Part shown: positions 63,822 to 64,000 of the stretch, in pieces
How the letters are laid out: every line of letters starts with the position of its first letter
How positions within the stretch are numbered: position 1 is the stretch's first letter
Assembly (NCBI GenBank): GCA_016715865.1
Contig: JADJXM010000001.1
Location: 417,572-481,571 of the forward strand
Length of the DNA stretch: 64,000 nt
Source: Acidobacteriota bacterium
GTDB taxonomy: Bacteria; Acidobacteriota; Blastocatellia; RBC074
Direction: 5' to 3'
Notes under the pieces: generated by a model
What the model saw: only the letters and a program-made list of their open reading frames with translations
Told to the model about the DNA's origin: nothing
Database searches by the model: none
Translations under genes and position numbers: made by a program

Positions 63822-64000
63822 ATGGATGGACAAGCTTTGGTCTATTGCGAGGGCTTTTTTGGCACACCTGTCGGAAAGACAGCCAACGGGCTGGTCAGGT
63901 TCACTGCCAGATATGAAGTTAAGGGTGTGATCGATTCGACGCTGCGTGGTCGTGATGCCGGAGAGGTTCTTGATGGAAAACGCTGTGGAATTCCGATCTT
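63822..64000 (+). CDS. DUF1611-family protein, N-terminal fragment (runs off the window)
   Basis: AAGGGAAG upstream of ATG 63822. MDGQALVYCEGFFGTPVGKTANGLVRFTARYEVKGVIDS resembles DUF1611 N-termini from memory. Confidence 0.4.
   Translation, partial: MDGQALVYCEGFFGTPVGKTANGLVRFTARYEVKGVIDSTLRGRDAGEVLDGKRCGIPI

Overview
This window is a high-GC bacterial chromosomal segment, provisionally Acidobacteriota-like. That guess is inference only, based on a myo-inositol oxygenase, very large TonB-dependent receptors with an N-terminal carboxypeptidase-regulatory domain, giant DUF11/Ig-repeat surface proteins and the overall GC content. The window mixes housekeeping and metabolic genes with clearly accessory content.

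Housekeeping and metabolic genes: SDR oxidoreductase, DDAH-like amidinotransferase, neutral-ceramidase-like hydrolase, GH4 glycosidase, myo-inositol oxygenase, PfkB kinase, APC permease, fused E1 alpha/beta 2-oxoacid dehydrogenase, Leu/Phe-tRNA-protein transferase, enolase, circularly permuted ATP-grasp, a GalU-like uridylyltransferase plus glucuronokinase-like GHMP kinase operon, amidohydrolase, Gfo/Idh/MocA oxidoreductase and an ABC-F ATPase.

Accessory content:
- An IS4-family insertion sequence with 18-bp terminal inverted repeats and a frameshifted transposase (5013-6418), inserted into a ~110-bp REP/MITE-like palindromic element that has a second copy at 1145-1255.
- A second, decayed IS with a frameshifted transposase (9566-10659).
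- A 5.2-kb Sec-signal RHS/YD-repeat polymorphic toxin whose C-terminal domain carries an HExxH motif. A downstream secreted candidate immunity gene follows it, and a possible frameshift in a T6 tract would extend the toxin tip to abut that gene.
- Two adjacent giant paralogous surface proteins of roughly 2340 and 1792 aa, sharing a novel ~350-aa C-terminal domain that ends in FPPNCC. One contains ~15 near-identical 264-bp tandem coding repeats and a 1-nt frameshift.
- A TPR-CHAT protease-like protein.
- A low-GC islet carrying a highly structured terminator or sRNA-like element, a small membrane ORF and a truncated histidine-kinase ATPase domain.
- Several families of intergenic hairpin repeats, and a repeated AAGTTTCCAG cis-module upstream of two unrelated genes.

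All functional calls come from motif recognition in the translated ORFs. No database searches were possible.
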